DNA from: Delftia acidovorans NBRC 14950
Lineage (GTDB): Bacteria; Pseudomonadota; Gammaproteobacteria; Burkholderiales; Burkholderiaceae_C
Assembly: GCF_001598795.1 (NCBI RefSeq)
Contig: NZ_BCZP01000009.1
Coordinates: 60,001-92,000 of the forward strand
DNA: 32,000 nt
Reading direction: 5' to 3'
The translations under genes and the position numbers were made by a program. Of this stretch, positions 30,617 to 32,000 are shown in pieces. Below the pieces are notes generated by a model. The model ran no database searches. It had not been told where the DNA came from and saw only the letters and a program-made list of their open reading frames with translations. How positions within the stretch are numbered: position 1 is the stretch's first letter; each line of letters begins with the position of its first letter.

Positions 30617-32000
30617 CCGGGATGGCCGCAGCCGTCGTCACGACGACAACCAATACCAACTCGACAGCCACGTCGACCTCCAGCCATAGCAGGACCAGCT
30701 ACCAGACCAGCAAGACGCAGGACACAGTGCGCCATCTGCTGACCGACGATGGCCATGGCTCGTTCGGCCCGGATGGGACGATCAGCTACGCGGGCAAGTT
30801 CGCCAACGTGCGCTTCGTGCAGCTGGACAGCAAGACCGAAGGCTACAACAGCGATTTTGAGGACGCCAAGACCTTCGAGTCCACTTCGATGTCCGGCGGC
30901 GGAGGCGACCCTGGTTCGAGCAGCTCGTCGTCCAAGGGCGGCGAGCGCAGCGACACCTCGGTCAGCGAAGAGATCCTGGCGGCCAGCACCGTCACACTGA
31001 CGTATGCCGAGGGCTTTGCTTCCCCGCAACACCACGTGATGAGCTACACGCCCGAGCCGCTCACGCTGGACTTGTGCCCCTACACCACCGACTACATCGT
31101 GCCCAACAGCGTGCGATTCCGGTGGATGGGCCAGGTGTATGAGGACTACGACGGAGTGCTTGTGCGGGGCCGCACTGCAATCAGCCCGGGCATCGTCGCG
31201 GGCGCCCTGGACTATTCCAGTGGAGTCGCGCGCATCACGGACTATGTCGTGGGCGGCTCGCCCACCGATTTCGCCGTCGAGAGCCTGTGGACCGTGCGCC
31301 AGAACTGGACCACGGCCAGCATCTTCATGCGTACCGCAGCTTCGCCGGTCAAGCCTTCGGGTTTCGTCATGAACCTGTCCGATGCCACCGGCGCCCAGAT
31401 CACGGCCATCGCCGGTATCGACGGGCTGATCACGGGCGATCACCTGCGCGGGCGCATCGACTACCAGACCGGCGTGGTGGAGCTGCAGTTTGGTGACTAC
31501 GTCCTCGACACCTCGCTGACGGCCGCGCAGAAGGCCGAGTGGTGGTACTCGGCCGACGACGTGGGCGCCGTGCAGCCGGACAAGATCTGGCGCCCCTGGC
31601 CCGTGGACCCGACCACGCTGCGCTACAACAGCGTCAGCTATTTCTACTTGCCGCTGGACGAGACCGTCATCGGCCTGGACCCGGTGCGCCTGCCGCAAGA
31701 TGGCCGCGTGCCTATCTACCGGGTGGGCGGCTACCTGGTGATCGGCCACACGGGCAAGATCGGCCCCGCCCAGCTCACCAACGGCCAGACCCTCAACTGC
31801 GGTCGCACCCGGCTCTCGCGCGTGTACTTGGTGGGCGCTGACAGCAAGCTGATCCACCAGGGCTGGACCGTGGACCTCGACGCCGGCCTGGTCAGCGTGC
31901 AGGATACGACGGGCTGGGTGCAGCCCGTGCGCGTGTTCCACCGAATCGAAGAGATGGCCAGGGCGTCGGACGTGCAGATCAGCGGAGCCATCACCCTTAC
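30613..32000 (+). CDS. large tail protein, 5' part (more than 462 codons, continues beyond the right edge)
   Basis: ATGA overlap with the upstream stop. Hand translation (MTGMAAAVVTTTTNTNSTATS...RIEEMARASDVQISGAITL) has no stop to the end of the window. It is absent from the ORF track only because it is open-ended. Confidence 0.8.
   Translation, partial: MTGMAAAVVTTTTNTNSTATSTSSHSRTSYQTSKTQDTVRHLLTDDGHGSFGPDGTISYAGKFANVRFVQLDSKTEGYNSDFEDAKTFESTSMSGGGGDPGSSSSSSKGGERSDTSVSEEILAASTVTLTYAEGFASPQHHVMSYTPEPLTLDLCPYTTDYIVPNSVRFRWMGQVYEDYDGVLVRGRTAISPGIVAGALDYSSGVARITDYVVGGSPTDFAVESLWTVRQNWTTASIFMRTAASPVKPSGFVMNLSDATGAQITAIAGIDGLITGDHLRGRIDYQTGVVELQFGDYVLDTSLTAAQKAEWWYSADDVGAVQPDKIWRPWPVDPTTLRYNSVSYFYLPLDETVIGLDPVRLPQDGRVPIYRVGGYLVIGHTGKIGPAQLTNGQTLNCGRTRLSRVYLVGADSKLIHQGWTVDLDAGLVSVQDTTGWVQPVRVFHRIEEMARASDVQISGAITL

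Noticed and set aside
30568-31941. 457-aa minus-strand ORF, the only long ORF the track lists at the right end
   Set aside because: The plus-strand frame starting at 30613 is open to the window end, is ATGA-coupled to the upstream tail gene and looks like a tail protein. The minus ORF is low-complexity (H/A/G/R/V).
1-32000. Search for integrase/att sites, tRNA genes, a lysis cassette, a diversity-generating retroelement near the tail genes, and classical defence systems (R-M endonuclease, Abi, TA, CBASS, retron)
   Set aside because: No recombinase, reverse-transcriptase, nuclease, cyclase or holin/endolysin motifs, and no tRNA-like cloverleaf sequences, were recognised in any frame. The methyltransferase is an orphan with no adjacent endonuclease ORF.

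Overview
High-GC (about 60-65% by eye) 32-kb internal slice of a temperate phage or prophage with lambda-like organisation. The host is probably a Burkholderiales-type proteobacterium, inferred only from composition and protein flavour. No integrase, lysis cassette, tRNA, rRNA, CRISPR array or IS element is visible. Layout: (i) 1-9730 is a leftward (minus-strand) early/accessory operon of many small, translationally coupled genes. It includes a modular DUF551-like protein, a 704-aa cytosine-5 DNA methyltransferase with an expanded repeat region, an H-NS-family protein, a DUF2303/YfdQ-like protein and a secreted DUF4124 protein. (ii) 9731-12263 is the immunity region: a structured 420-bp non-coding stretch, an S24-peptidase CI-like repressor (minus) flanked on both sides by TAGCG/CGCTA operator clusters, a Cro/YdaS-like HTH gene, an oppositely oriented small gene and a CII(CP76)-like regulator. 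(iii) 12264-15458 is the replication region: a structured 430-bp leader, a Toprim-primase/SF3-helicase fusion (P4-alpha/D5-like), then a dyad-symmetric 8-9-bp iteron array (candidate ori). (iv) 15459-32000 is the late region: two unknown genes, TerS, a lambda gpA-type TerL, an embedded Mor-family activator, gpW-like, a gpB-type portal, a ClpP-type protease fused in one frame to scaffold plus major capsid, a DUF2190 protein, two neck proteins, a major tail protein, a TP901-type tape measure and three distal tail proteins (the last runs off the window). Most long opposite-strand ORFs in the six-frame track are high-GC shadow ORFs. The best candidates for something new are the methyltransferase with eight tandem TRD-like modules, the AT-rich island beside the phage H-NS gene, the operator architecture around the repressor (including promoters antisense to it), the iteron array, and the Mor gene plus a conserved 26-nt element inside the structural operon. 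All family assignments are from motif recognition by eye; no database search was possible.
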